A stretch of DNA of 64,000 bases from Leucobacter soli (lineage in GTDB: Bacteria; Actinomycetota; Actinomycetes; Actinomycetales; Microbacteriaceae). Every line of letters starts with the position of its first letter. Position 1 is the first letter of the stretch. Positions 19,132 to 29,147 of the stretch are shown here, one piece after another. The notes beneath the pieces are model-generated. The model saw only the letters and a list, made by a program, of their open reading frames with translations, ran no database searches and was not told where the DNA came from. Made by a program: the position numbers and the translations under genes. Location of the stretch: positions 32,909 through 96,908 of the forward strand of contig JBEBSS010000005.1 of the NCBI GenBank assembly GCA_040394175.1, written 5' to 3'.

Positions 19132-20489
19132 TCCTTCGTATTGCTGATTGCTTGGTCGGGAACTTCGTTGTGCACTCTCGCGATCGTCTCGTTCAGTTGA
19201 GCGACGAAGCTGGACTGATCGACGTGCACGAGGTTGCGCTCTCGAACGATGGGTTTGCCTGCCACCAGTACGTCCCTGATCGCCGTCGGCTGCATCGCGT
19301 ACACGATGTGCTTCTCGATCTTCGAGAGGGGCTGCAAGGAGAGATCGTCGAGGTCGAGCGCCACGCAGTCGGCCCAGAGGCCGGCTCTCAGTTCGCCGAT
19401 ATCGAGTCGGAGAATCTGGCCGTTCGTCTTGGTCCCCAGTTCGAGCGCCACCGATGCATCGATCAGGGCCTCCTGCTCAGGCACTCGGAACCGCTCGAGA
19501 AACGCGCCTGTCCGCATCTCGTCGAAGATCGACTGCCGATTGTTGATGCACCCGCCGTCGCAGCCGAGTCCGACCTTGATGCCCTGGTGCATCATCGAAG
19601 TCGTCTCAGCTCCGCGTCCCATGGTCTTGAAGGTCGGGTTGGGGCAGTGCACCACCGAGGCGCCCGCAGCGGCGATCAGCGATATCTCCTCCTCGTCCAT
19701 CGGCTCGGCGTGCACGAGGATCAAGCGGTCAGTAAGCAGCCCCTCGTCATGCAGGACTCGGACCGCGGTCTTGCCGTATTCTCGTTGGGCTCGCTGCCGT
19801 TCGGGGATGTGGTCGTGAAAGTGCATGTGCACCGGCACGTCGTAGGTCTCTGCGGCTTCGAGTGCGTAGCGGATCGACTCCAGAGAGGCCGCTTCGAACG
19901 AGTGCGGCGCGGGTTGGATCGAGACGAGCGGGTCATCGGCGAACTCCTCCGCGAGGGCTCGGAAGTTCGCGTAGGCCGTTTCCGGAGTTTCCTGGTACCG
20001 CTCAGGCGCCCCCTTGTCGCCGAGCCCTGCGTCGAAGAAGACCCTGGCGAGGACGAGCCGGATTCCCACGGATTTTGCCGCGCGGATCACGGCCCTGGCG
20101 TTGTCGTTTCCCTGGTCGTTGATGTAGAAGAAGTCCACGAACGTGGTAATTCCGCACTTCGCGGCTTCCGCGAACGCGTGCTTCGAGACGGTGTAGATGT
20201 CATCCGCGGTCAGTCGTTCGGCCGCCGGGTACATGATCTGCCAGATCGCGTCCTCCCAGCGAGTGTCGTCCATGTATCCCCGCAGCATGTGTTGGAATGC
20301 GTGACCGTGCGCATTCACCGTGCCCGGAAGCAGTGCGACGCGACCGAGGTCTTCGAGCATTCCGTCGACCGGGACTTCGTGTCGCGGCAGGATTCTGACG
20401 ATCCTGCCGTCGTCATCGATCTCCAGGGCCGCGTCGGGTCGCATCGCTCCCTCGATGTGCATGAGTGAAGCAGTGATGAAGTGTGACAT
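19128..20489 (-). CDS. Amidohydrolase-superfamily deaminase/deiminase (HutF/MTA-SAH-deaminase-like)
   Basis: NAHGHAFQ (HxH), 'APHS', 'HMHFHD', 'LVHA', 'GLGCDG', 'G.LR.G.WAD.V'. Confidence 0.88.
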   Translation of the reverse strand: MSHFITASLMHIEGAMRPDAALEIDDDGRIVRILPRHEVPVDGMLEDLGRVALLPGTVNAHGHAFQHMLRGYMDDTRWEDAIWQIMYPAAERLTADDIYTVSKHAFAEAAKCGITTFVDFFYINDQGNDNARAVIRAAKSVGIRLVLARVFFDAGLGDKGAPERYQETPETAYANFRALAEEFADDPLVSIQPAPHSFEAASLESIRYALEAAETYDVPVHMHFHDHIPERQRAQREYGKTAVRVLHDEGLLTDRLILVHAEPMDEEEISLIAAAGASVVHCPNPTFKTMGRGAETTSMMHQGIKVGLGCDGGCINNRQSIFDEMRTGAFLERFRVPEQEALIDASVALELGTKTNGQILRLDIGELRAGLWADCVALDLDDLSLQPLSKIEKHIVYAMQPTAIRDVLVAGKPIVRERNLVHVDQSSFVAQLNETIARVHNEVPDQAISNTKE

Positions 20490-20512
20490 TGATTTTCCTT
20501 TCGCAGCGTTCG

Positions 20513-21280
20513 CTACTGCACGCGTGTGAGGAACTCGATCGTTCGGGGGTGCCTGGGCGCCCCGAACACTTGCTCGGGCGGTCCCTCTTCGAGGATCATT
20601 CCGTGGTCCATGAAGACGACCTTGTCTGCGAGCTCTGCGGCGAATCCCATCTCATGGGTCACCACGATCATGGTCATTCCGCCTCCGGCGAGATCTTTCA
20701 TCACGCTCAGCACCTCGCCCACGAGTTCCGGGTCGAGCGCGGACGTCGGCTCGTCGAACAGCATGAGCTTGGGCTCCATCGCGAGCGCCCTGGCGATCGC
20801 GACTCTCTGCTGCTGCCCGCCCGAGAGCCTGCTCGGGTAGCTCTGCGCTTTGTCCTCGAGACCGACACGAGCCAGGAGCGCGTGCGCGGCTCGCTTCGCT
20901 TCGCTCCTGCCCGTGGCGCTCACCTGCACGGGTCCCTCCATCACGTTCTGCTCGATCGACAGGTGAGGGAAGAGGTTGAACCGCTGAAAGACCATGCCGA
21001 TGTGCTTTCGGCGCGTGCTGATCTCGCGATTCGGAAGTTCACGCAGTTGGCCGTCGGCGAGTTGTTCGTAGCCGACTCGTTCACCATCGACCAGCAGGTC
21101 GCCCGAGTTGATCTTCTCCAGATGATTGATGCATCGCAGAAGGGTCGATTTCCCTGAGCCGCTCGGCCCGATGATGCAGACGATCTGATTGCGCTCGACG
21201 GTCAGGTTCACGTCCCTGAGCACGATCTGAGTGCCGAACCGTTTCCACACGTGATCGATCTCGACCATCGGCGTAGTCAT
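20513..21280 (-). CDS. Amino-acid ABC transporter ATP-binding protein (system A)
   Basis: [31 protein letters not shown]; start moved to ATG 21280. Confidence 0.96.
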   Translation of the reverse strand: MTTPMVEIDHVWKRFGTQIVLRDVNLTVERNQIVCIIGPSGSGKSTLLRCINHLEKINSGDLLVDGERVGYEQLADGQLRELPNREISTRRKHIGMVFQRFNLFPHLSIEQNVMEGPVQVSATGRSEAKRAAHALLARVGLEDKAQSYPSRLSGGQQQRVAIARALAMEPKLMLFDEPTSALDPELVGEVLSVMKDLAGGGMTMIVVTHEMGFAAELADKVVFMDHGMILEEGPPEQVFGAPRHPRTIEFLTRVQ

Positions 21281-22233
21281 GAGTGCTCCTTCACAGCGAG
21301 TTGCTTGGCGTATCGGCGGTCGAGCCATTTGCCCATCGGACTCAGATGGGTGCTCATCGACCCTGCCGAGTACTTCCGTTCGATCAGGTACTGGAACACA
21401 CTCAGAATCGAGGTCACGATGAGGTACCAGAGACATGCCACGACGAGCAACGGAATCGTCAGGTAGTTGCTCGCATAAATGATCTGCACGGAGTACAGCA
21501 GATCGGGCATCGCCAGCACGCTGACGAGCGATGTCGCTTTGAGCATGCCGATGGTCTGGTTGCCGGTCGGCGGCAGGATCGATCGCATCGCTTGCGGCAT
21601 CACCACGCGGATGAATACTCTTCTCGCGGGCATGCCGAGCGAGGCTGCCGCTTCGCGCTGCCCCTGATCGACGGACAGGATCCCGCCTCTCACGATCTCT
21701 GCCATGTAGGCGGCTTCATTGAGCACCAAGCCGAGCGCCGCAGCCATGAAGGGCGTGATGATCGAGTTCGTCGAGGTCTCGATGCCGAAATCGGTGAACG
21801 GGATGTGCAACGAGAACTTCGGGTACAGCGCCGAGAGGTTGTACCAGAAGATCAGCTGCACGAGCAGCGGGGTACCGCGAAAGAACCAGATGTACCCGGA
21901 GGCGATCGCGTTCAACACGTAATTCTCGGAAAGACGCATCACGGCCAAGATCGCGCCGAGCACCAGCCCGAGGGTCATCGAGATGAGCGTGAGCCACAGG
22001 GTCATCAGGAGACCCTTCAGCACGTTCGCCGAGGTGAAGTAGTACCAGACCACGTCCCAGCGCATGTTGTCATTCGTGGCGAGCGACTTCACCAGCAGCG
22101 CGAGAGCGATCAGTGCGATGAGTCCCCAGATGATCCGGCCGAAACTTCGCGCAGGAAGGGGCTCCGGGCCCGGAATCGCTTGCGGCAGCCGCAGCGCACG
22201 TGTGCTCGCCGCGGGGTCACGTTCGTTGTCCAC
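21277..22233 (-). CDS. Amino-acid ABC transporter permease (system A)
   Basis: '[11 protein letters not shown]', EAA loop '[22 protein letters not shown]', 'PQAMR'. Confidence 0.96.
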   Translation of the reverse strand: MDNERDPAASTRALRLPQAIPGPEPLPARSFGRIIWGLIALIALALLVKSLATNDNMRWDVVWYYFTSANVLKGLLMTLWLTLISMTLGLVLGAILAVMRLSENYVLNAIASGYIWFFRGTPLLVQLIFWYNLSALYPKFSLHIPFTDFGIETSTNSIITPFMAAALGLVLNEAAYMAEIVRGGILSVDQGQREAAASLGMPARRVFIRVVMPQAMRSILPPTGNQTIGMLKATSLVSVLAMPDLLYSVQIIYASNYLTIPLLVVACLWYLIVTSILSVFQYLIERKYSAGSMSTHLSPMGKWLDRRYAKQLAVKEHS

Positions 22234-22267
22234 TCAATACTCCTTCGGATGAGGGGCGCCCAAGCGT

Positions 22268-22316
22268 AATGAATAGTTTCATTCGCACTTGATCTGCTTG
22301 GGATAAAAATATACTG
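22268..22316 (-). promoter_or_regulatory. Promoter of system A with downstream palindrome AATGAA-N4-TTCATT (22268-22283)
   Basis: Minus strand reads TTGACT-N17-TATTTT (the -35 element lies just beyond this interval, about 22330-22335); the palindrome lies between -10 and RBS; RpiR binding is inference. Confidence 0.55.
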
Positions 22317-22463
22317 ATACGGCGCGCGAGTCAACACCTGCGAGCGCGGCTCGCTCGCGCCCCCGCTCGGAAGCGTCGACGCGGCGGGCGGCACCGCGCC
22401 TCCGCCTCCGCCTCAGACGCGCACTCGACCGGTCGACTCATCCCACCAGAAATCGCCCGAACG

Positions 22464-23159
22464 TCACGATGCCTCCGCGGCACCGCCGTCCACCGTCAGG
22501 CTCGAAACGAGACGGTTCTGAATCGACTCGACGTGCGCGTGCGCTGCCGAGAAAGCCGCGTCGGCGTCTCGCGCCTTGATCGCCTCGAAGATCGCGATGT
22601 GCTCGCGCAGCGAGGAGGCCTGCCGCGATTCCGACAGGAACAGTTCCTGCCGGCTCACTTCGATCACCTCGGTGATCTTGTCGAGAAGTCGCAGCAACAT
22701 CGGATTGTGGGTGTACTGCGCGATCGATCGATGGAACAGTCGATCAAGATCCGCGAACATCTGGGGGCGCGAGACGAGCTTCATCTCCTCGATCAGTTGA
22801 TGAAGCTGATCGATATCTGCCGGATTCGCACGTTGCGCCGCGAAGGCCGCCACCGGCGGCTCGATGCAGGCCCGCAACTCCATGACCTGCACCAGACTGA
22901 GGACCTCCTCATCCAGGCTCGCCGCCAAGCTCGTCGCGTGCTTCGAATCAGCGACCTTCCGCACGTGAGTTCCCGATCCCTGCTTCCGCTCCAGCAACCC
23001 TCTGAGCTCGAGCACGCGCAGCGCCTCGCGGAGCGTATTTCTCGATACTCCCAACGTCGCGGAGAACTCGCGCTCGGGCGGGAGCCGGTCGCCCTCAACG
23101 AGTTCCCCGGACAGGATCATCCTCTCCAGCCGCTGCGCGAGCGAGTCCGGAACAGTCAT
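22464..23159 (-). CDS. GntR/FadR-family regulator (system B)
   Basis: 'GDRLPPERE....LGVSRNTLREALRVLE..GLLERKQGSGT'; FCD domain; start uncertain (ATG 23159 chosen). Confidence 0.92.
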   Translation of the reverse strand: MTVPDSLAQRLERMILSGELVEGDRLPPEREFSATLGVSRNTLREALRVLELRGLLERKQGSGTHVRKVADSKHATSLAASLDEEVLSLVQVMELRACIEPPVAAFAAQRANPADIDQLHQLIEEMKLVSRPQMFADLDRLFHRSIAQYTHNPMLLRLLDKITEVIEVSRQELFLSESRQASSLREHIAIFEAIKARDADAAFSAAHAHVESIQNRLVSSLTVDGGAAEAS

Positions 23160-23292
23160 ATGCTCGCCAACGAGCCGACCCCAAGTTCTCGGTTCTTTTT
23201 CCAACGGATGGCTCCTCTTCTGCAACGTCTCGAACCCTGCGAGGCGGCGGGTCGCATGGCTCATGCGGCAATCGAGGCTCGGTGCACCGCAG

Positions 23293-23338
23293 TTGACAAC
23301 CCAATACTAGCTAAAGTAGCGTAAATGGTCCAACCATT
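23293..23338 (+). promoter_or_regulatory. Sigma-A promoter with FadR-type operator
   Basis: TTGACA (23293-23298)-N18-TAGCGT (23317-23322), immediately followed by AATGGT-CCA-ACCATT (23324-23338), matching the FadR-family TGGT-N3-ACCA consensus. Confidence 0.75.
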
Positions 23339-23365
23339 GGACTAGCTCGATGAGGAGTTACACAC

Positions 23366-24250
23366 ATGAACGTTTCCAGCAAGAAGATCCGAAGCGCCGC
23401 GCCTGTTGGGGTCCTCCTGGCCGCGGGAAGCCTGGCACTCGCGGGATGCGCGAGCGCCGCGCCTGACAGCGGGCCCGCGCAGTCGACTGGCCAAGCGGCC
23501 CCGAGCATCACGAAACCGGCAATCATCGAGGACGGTGTGCTTTCCGTCTGTGCTGCGCTGGGGATGGGCGCGGTGCCGCTGTTCTACTTCGACGAAAGCC
23601 AAGAGCCGCAGGGCATCGAGGTCGACCTCTCCAGAGAAATCGCTGCGTCACTCGGGCTCGAGTATCGAGAAGTGGCGACTGCCTTCCCTTCCCTCGTGCC
23701 CTCGATCGAGGCCAGCCAGTGCGATACGGTCATGAGCTCGCTCTTCATTACGGAGGAGCGGGAGCAAGTGGTCGATTTCGTTCCATACCTGAAGTCGGGT
23801 TCGTCTCTGCTCGTGAAGTCGGGGGGCGATTCGCGGGTGACCGGTTTCGACTCGACGATCTGCGGAAAGAAGGTCTCGACGCCCGCAGGCTCCTCGGCCG
23901 TGCTCAGCCTCACCGATCTCAGCGCCGACTGCGAAGCAGACGGAAAAGCCGCCATCGTGCTGACCGAAGTCGACGGCGCAGCGACCGGCCGGCAGATGTT
24001 GCTGAACAGTCAGGTCGACGTCTACGCGGGCAGCACGGCGGACACGCTCTACCTTGCTGCAGAATCAGACGGCGAGCTCGAAGTCGTCGGCGAGCCCTTC
24101 GAGGTCCGCACGATCGGAGCCGCGGTCAAGAAGGGGAATACTGAGCTCGCCGACGCAATCGAAGGCGCGCTGCAGGAGTTGCGAGAGAGCGGCAAGTACG
24201 AAGAAATCCTCGACAGTGTCGGTCTGGGCGAACTGGCCTACACCGGCTAA
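23366..24250 (+). CDS. Polar amino-acid ABC transporter substrate-binding lipoprotein (system B)
   Basis: Lipobox 'LAGC'; 'F.SLVPSIEASQCD', 'ITEEREQVVDFVPY', 'ESGKY.EIL'. Confidence 0.92.
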   Translation: MNVSSKKIRSAAPVGVLLAAGSLALAGCASAAPDSGPAQSTGQAAPSITKPAIIEDGVLSVCAALGMGAVPLFYFDESQEPQGIEVDLSREIAASLGLEYREVATAFPSLVPSIEASQCDTVMSSLFITEEREQVVDFVPYLKSGSSLLVKSGGDSRVTGFDSTICGKKVSTPAGSSAVLSLTDLSADCEADGKAAIVLTEVDGAATGRQMLLNSQVDVYAGSTADTLYLAAESDGELEVVGEPFEVRTIGAAVKKGNTELADAIEGALQELRESGKYEEILDSVGLGELAYTG

Positions 24251-24291
24251 CGGAACCACCGAGCTGTTCACCCCTCAGCAAAGGAAAACTT

Positions 24292-25059
24292 GTGAGTTTC
24301 GATTGGGACTTCTTCTGGAAGAGCCTCTTCACCCCGAACACGGCGTATCTCGCAGGCTTCAGCCTGACGATTATCATCTCGATCCTGTCGATGACATTCG
24401 CCGTCGTCCTCGGGCTTCTCGTCGCGCTGGCTGGTCGCTCTCGATGGCTCGTCCCCAGAGTCGCGGCAGGGCTGTACATCTGGGTGATCAGAGGGACACC
24501 CGTGCTCGTGCAACTCGTGATCATATATCTCGGCTTCGCGGCTGCGGGGCTATTCAGATTCGAAGATCAGATCGTCTGGGGAGTGCTCATTCGCGGCGCG
24601 GTGGTGGCTGCGATCGTTGGTCTCACCATCCACGAGAGCGCATACATTTCGGAGATCATCCGTTCGGGTCTGGAATCCGTGGACCCGGGCCAGGCTGAGG
24701 CCTCCGCGGCACTCGGAATGACACCGGCTCAGTCCATGCGGTGGATCATCATCCCCCAATCCCTGAGAACCATGCTGCCTCCCTTCGGCAACGAGTTCGC
24801 CACTCTGATCAAGACGACCTCGATCCTTGCCATCATCGGAGTCAGCGAGGTCTTCCTCGTTTCCCAGTCGATCAGCTCCGTGACGTTCAAGACCTTCGAG
24901 ATCTTCATCGTGGTGGCGATCTACTATCTGATGCTCACTACCGTGTGGACACTCATCCAGAACATGCTCGAGCGTCGCCTCAATGAGAAGGTCGGGATCG
25001 TCACCTCGGAGACGCTGTTTCAACAATTCAAGAAGAACCTTTGGCAGGTGCGAGCATGA
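24292..25059 (+). CDS. Amino-acid ABC transporter permease (system B)
   Basis: GTG start; '[10 protein letters not shown]', '[21 protein letters not shown]'. Confidence 0.96.
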   Translation: MSFDWDFFWKSLFTPNTAYLAGFSLTIIISILSMTFAVVLGLLVALAGRSRWLVPRVAAGLYIWVIRGTPVLVQLVIIYLGFAAAGLFRFEDQIVWGVLIRGAVVAAIVGLTIHESAYISEIIRSGLESVDPGQAEASAALGMTPAQSMRWIIIPQSLRTMLPPFGNEFATLIKTTSILAIIGVSEVFLVSQSISSVTFKTFEIFIVVAIYYLMLTTVWTLIQNMLERRLNEKVGIVTSETLFQQFKKNLWQVRA

Positions 25060-25841
25060 GCGTCAATCACGAGCGAGAACAGCGAATCGTCACGATCGAA
25101 GGCGTGCATAAGAGTTTCGGCGGGAATCACATCCTGCGCGACTGCAGCTTTCACGTCAACAGGGGCGAGGTCGTCGTTCTGATCGGCCCATCGGGCGCAG
25201 GCAAGACAACACTGCTCAGGACGATCAACATGCTGGAAACGATCGATTCCGGCGAAATCATCGTCGACGGGGAGAGCGTCGGATTCCGGACCTCGCAAGA
25301 CGGCCGTCAGATCAAGGCGGGGCAACGTCACATCGCCCGCCAGCGACAGCAGATCGGATTCGTGTTCCAGCATTTCAACCTCTTCCCTCATATGACCGTC
25401 CTCGAGAACATCTGCCACACCCCCACGAAGATTCTCAAGCGCGACAAGGCTGAGGTGAGGGAGCACGCCGAATGGTTGCTGGACAAAGTCGGACTTGCCC
25501 ACAAGGCAGACGCACGACCGCGCAGTCTTTCGGGCGGGCAACAGCAACGCGTCGCAATCGCAAGGGCGCTGGCGATGAAACCGAAAGTGATGCTGTTCGA
25601 CGAACCGACCAGCGCACTCGATCCCGAAATGGTCGGGGAGGTGCTGAAGGTGATGAAGGACCTCGCCGCAGCCCATATGACCATGATCGTCGTCACACAC
25701 GAAATGGGCTTCGCTCGCGAGGTGGCCGATCGAATCGTGATGATGGATCAAGGACACATCATCGAGACCGGGGCTCCGGATCGGATATTCAACGCACCCA
25801 CGCAGGAACGAACCAAGTCGTTCTTGAACAAGGTCCTGTAG
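25056..25841 (+). CDS. Amino-acid ABC transporter ATP-binding protein (system B)
   Basis: [26 protein letters not shown]; ATG 25056 overlaps the permease stop. Confidence 0.96.
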   Translation: MSVNHEREQRIVTIEGVHKSFGGNHILRDCSFHVNRGEVVVLIGPSGAGKTTLLRTINMLETIDSGEIIVDGESVGFRTSQDGRQIKAGQRHIARQRQQIGFVFQHFNLFPHMTVLENICHTPTKILKRDKAEVREHAEWLLDKVGLAHKADARPRSLSGGQQQRVAIARALAMKPKVMLFDEPTSALDPEMVGEVLKVMKDLAAAHMTMIVVTHEMGFAREVADRIVMMDQGHIIETGAPDRIFNAPTQERTKSFLNKVL

Positions 25842-25849
25842 GGGCTCCT

Positions 25850-26806
25850 GTGCAGACCACCCCTCACCTTTCCGTTCGCACCGGCGCGCTCTTCCGCCTA
25901 CCGAATGCGTCGCTCGCCGAAATGCCCGACGGACTCGACGTCGGTGTCCTCGGCCTCCCGTTCGACATGGGAGTCCACCCGACACGAGTGGGGGCCCGCG
26001 GTGGTCCCCAGCACATCAGGAACAATTCATATCTGGTTGCCGAACAGTCTCAGACCCTCGCCATCGCCCCGTTGGAAGCGCTCAACGCAGCAGATTTCGG
26101 GGACCTGAATCTCGTACCGGGAGATATCGCCCAGGCGTATCCCGAGATCGAGTCAGCTCTGGACCTGTTCTTTCAGCGAGGCATTCGACCGCTCACCCTG
26201 GGCGGGGATGGATCCGTCACCCTCCCCATTCTCCGCTCGGCGAGGAAGGTCTTCCCGAATCTCGCCGTCCTACATTTCGACGCGCATACCGATGCGTACG
26301 AGTTCGAACCCGCGGATTCGTACACGAACGCGAATCCGTTCCTCCATGCCGCACGCGAGCGTCTCATCGATTCCGAGCGCTCGTTCCACATCGGCACGCG
26401 AAGCACCGACTTCTCCGGAGGTCCAGGACAGGTCGAGCGGGCGACGAGTCTCGGCTACCAGCTGATCCCTGCAGAAGAGTTCGACACCGCGACGGTCGCC
26501 TCGATCGGAGAGAGGATCATCGAGGCGATCGGTGATCGACCGGTCTATCTCTCCTGGGACATGGATGTCTTCGACCCGAGCTGCGCACCAGGGGTGACCA
26601 CTCCCTCCTGGGGAGGCCTCGCGGTTCGCGAAGCGCTTGCTCTGATCAGAGCACTCCACGGACTTCGATTCGTGGGTTTCGAGATCAATACCGTTTCACC
26701 CATGCACGACCACAACGGCCAAACCGCGAACCTTGCCGCACAGGTGGCACTGGAATGCCTCAAACTCTCACTCACCGATGTACTGAAGGAACAGGAAGAC
26801 CACTGA
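25850..26806 (+). CDS. Ureohydrolase (agmatinase/arginase fold), non-canonical active site
   Basis: 'GLPFD', 'GARGGP..IR', 'DFGD', GGDGSV, HFDAHTD, WDMDVFDP, 'PGVTTP..GGL'; GTG start at 25850. Confidence 0.88.
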   Translation: MQTTPHLSVRTGALFRLPNASLAEMPDGLDVGVLGLPFDMGVHPTRVGARGGPQHIRNNSYLVAEQSQTLAIAPLEALNAADFGDLNLVPGDIAQAYPEIESALDLFFQRGIRPLTLGGDGSVTLPILRSARKVFPNLAVLHFDAHTDAYEFEPADSYTNANPFLHAARERLIDSERSFHIGTRSTDFSGGPGQVERATSLGYQLIPAEEFDTATVASIGERIIEAIGDRPVYLSWDMDVFDPSCAPGVTTPSWGGLAVREALALIRALHGLRFVGFEINTVSPMHDHNGQTANLAAQVALECLKLSLTDVLKEQEDH

Positions 26807-28329
26807 TGGCCGCGATTGGCTCCATTTCGACGTCTCACCACTTGGCCACCGAAGCGGGTGCCGAGGCCTTGCGTGCCGGGGGCAACGCGCTCGATGCAGC
26901 ACTCGCCGCTGCCGCCACTCTGTGCGTCGTGTACCCCCACAATGTGGCACTCGGAGGAGACCTTGTCGCGCTGGTGCGCGATCCGTCTGGCCAGGTGCAC
27001 TTCTTGAACGCCACTGGCCCCGCACCGGCCGCTGTCGACGCGGAGGCCCTGCGAAGAACCCACGGCGAAGCTCTTCCGCTACGAGGAATCGACACGGTCA
27101 CCGTGCCGGGAGGGGTGCGCGGTTGGGATGCGCTGCACCGACTGGGCGCTCGTCTCGATTGGTCGGCTCATTTCGAGTTCGCCCGAGATCTCGCCGCACA
27201 TGGCACGCCGGTTTCCCGCTCGCTGCGAGCCGGTCTCGTTGCAGAACGTGCGGACCTCCTCGCGGATCCCGGCTCTTCGCAGGTGTTTGCTCCGGATGGT
27301 GCGCTGCTCGAGGAAGGCGATCTGCTGCGGCAACCTGCGCTGGCCGAAACGCTGCGTCGCCTGGCCGCGCAAGGCGCACGCGAGTTCTACTCGGGTGAGA
27401 CCGCGAGGAAATGGGTGAGTACGCTGCGCAAGCTCGGTTCACGCATCACCCTCGACGATACGAGCGCATTCACGCCGCGCTTCGAACCCGCGATCGAGAC
27501 TCGCTTCCGTGGCCATCGCGTCGTGACCAGCCCACCGAACACCTCCGGTTTCATCCTTTCCCGCGTACTGGATCGCATCGAAGGCGCGCCGGCCGATCCA
27601 CTCGGGAGAGGCATCGCGGAGATGGTCGAAGCAATCCACGTCGGCAATGTCATCCGAAGTGCCTTTCTCGCGGACCCCGAGCACGGGGGTATGACGGCCG
27701 ACGAGTTGGTCTCGCTCGACTACGCGGGCGAAGCGGGCGGCGTCTTCCACCCGACGGGAGATACGGTCGGACTCAGCGCGGTGAGCTCGGATGGATGGGC
27801 CGTCTCGTTCATCAACTCATTGTTCTATCGGTTCGGCTCGTGCATCCTCGACCCCGAAACCGGTGTGCTCTTTCAGAATCGGGGCACCTCGTTCTCGTTG
27901 CGCCGGGACTCTCCGAACGTCATCTCAGGCGGAAAGCGGCCCAGCCATACGCTGATGCCGGTACTCGTGTTCCGAGAGGACCAACTCGTCTACGTCCCCT
28001 CGACGATGGGCGGTGCGGGACAACCCCAGATCCATGCGCAGTTGCTGCTCAGGCTGCTCTCCGGGGAGAGCCCCGAGCAAGCAATCGACGCACCTCGATT
28101 TCTCGTCAAGGAGCCGGATACCGATCGCATCGGAGTGATCGTGGAGTCGGACCTCGATCCTCTCGCGGTCAGCGCGCTCCAAGAACGCGGGTTCTCGGTC
28201 GAGTTCGTTCCTCGGCACACCGAGCTCCTCGGGCACTCGAATGTGATCGAGATCACGAAAGACGGTTATCGAGCATCGAGTGATCCTCGCTCCGACGGGT
28301 CGGCGATCACTGTGCAGGAAACGATCTGA
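26806..28329 (+). CDS. Gamma-glutamyltransferase-family Ntn hydrolase
   Basis: 'GGNALDAALA', 'PH...LGGD', 'PPNTSG', autocatalytic Thr in 'GDTVGLSAV', 'NRG..F', 'PSHTL', 'MGG'; ATG overlaps the upstream stop. Confidence 0.9.
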   Translation: MAAIGSISTSHHLATEAGAEALRAGGNALDAALAAAATLCVVYPHNVALGGDLVALVRDPSGQVHFLNATGPAPAAVDAEALRRTHGEALPLRGIDTVTVPGGVRGWDALHRLGARLDWSAHFEFARDLAAHGTPVSRSLRAGLVAERADLLADPGSSQVFAPDGALLEEGDLLRQPALAETLRRLAAQGAREFYSGETARKWVSTLRKLGSRITLDDTSAFTPRFEPAIETRFRGHRVVTSPPNTSGFILSRVLDRIEGAPADPLGRGIAEMVEAIHVGNVIRSAFLADPEHGGMTADELVSLDYAGEAGGVFHPTGDTVGLSAVSSDGWAVSFINSLFYRFGSCILDPETGVLFQNRGTSFSLRRDSPNVISGGKRPSHTLMPVLVFREDQLVYVPSTMGGAGQPQIHAQLLLRLLSGESPEQAIDAPRFLVKEPDTDRIGVIVESDLDPLAVSALQERGFSVEFVPRHTELLGHSNVIEITKDGYRASSDPRSDGSAITVQETI

Positions 28330-28331
28330 GC

Positions 28332-29147
28332 ATGCAGCAGGAACACTCGCCGGCCGCTTCGAGAGCGGCATTCGCTCCGCTCATCGTGATAGGCATCGTC
28401 GCCGGACTGCTGTCAGGCCTGTTCGGGATCGGCGGCGGCACGCTCATCGTTCCGGCCCTCGTGCTCTGGGTCGGATTCCCTCAACGACTCGCCGCAGGGA
28501 CCTCGCTCACGGCAATCCTGCCAATGGCGATCGTTGCGGCGACGAGCTATGCCATCCAGGGAAACGTCGACTGGATGACGGCAGCGCTTCTGGCGGTGGG
28601 CATGGTAGTCGGAACCCAGCTCGGTGCCCGTTTGCTCGCCAACGCGCCGGTTGCATTTCTGCAGTGGGCCTTCATCGTATTTCTCGCAGTGGTGGTCGTC
28701 AGCCTCTGGATCGTCGTGCCGCAGCGCGACGACGTCATCGAGATGACGCCCGGAATCGGCATGCTTCTTCTCGCGAGCGGCCTCATCGTCGGGATCCTCT
28801 CCACCTTCCTCGGAGTGGGCGGAGGGGTGATCCTCGTCCCCATCCTGATGTTCTTCTTCGGTGCAAGCGACCTGATCGCGAAGGGGTCCTCCCTCGTGAT
28901 GATGATCCCCGGGTCGATATCCGGAACTCTGGCGAACGCGCGCAGAAAAAACGTCGACCTGCGTGCAGCGGCAGCCATCGGCATCGCCGGATGCGCCACC
29001 GCCCCCGTGGGCGCATTGATCGCGGGGTGGATTGACCCCCTCGCCGGCAACATCCTCTTCTCGATCTTCCTGACGTTCATCGGAGCGCAGTTGCTCCTCC
29101 GAAAGCTCAAGCGCACCAAGAAGGAGCACCGCCCGAACCGGGACTAG
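28332..29147 (+). CDS. TauE/SafE-family (sulfite exporter-like) membrane protein
   Basis: Duplicated 'G..SGLFGIGGG...VP.L' / 'STFLGVGGG...VP.L' motifs; about 8 TM. Confidence 0.9.
   Translation: MQQEHSPAASRAAFAPLIVIGIVAGLLSGLFGIGGGTLIVPALVLWVGFPQRLAAGTSLTAILPMAIVAATSYAIQGNVDWMTAALLAVGMVVGTQLGARLLANAPVAFLQWAFIVFLAVVVVSLWIVVPQRDDVIEMTPGIGMLLLASGLIVGILSTFLGVGGGVILVPILMFFFGASDLIAKGSSLVMMIPGSISGTLANARRKNVDLRAAAAIGIAGCATAPVGALIAGWIDPLAGNILFSIFLTFIGAQLLLRKLKRTKKEHRPNRD

Noticed and set aside
22397-22414. (CGCCTC)x3 intergenic microsatellite
   Set aside because: It is too short and GC-rich to be unexpected and is not in a promoter core or coding region, so there is no support for phase variation.
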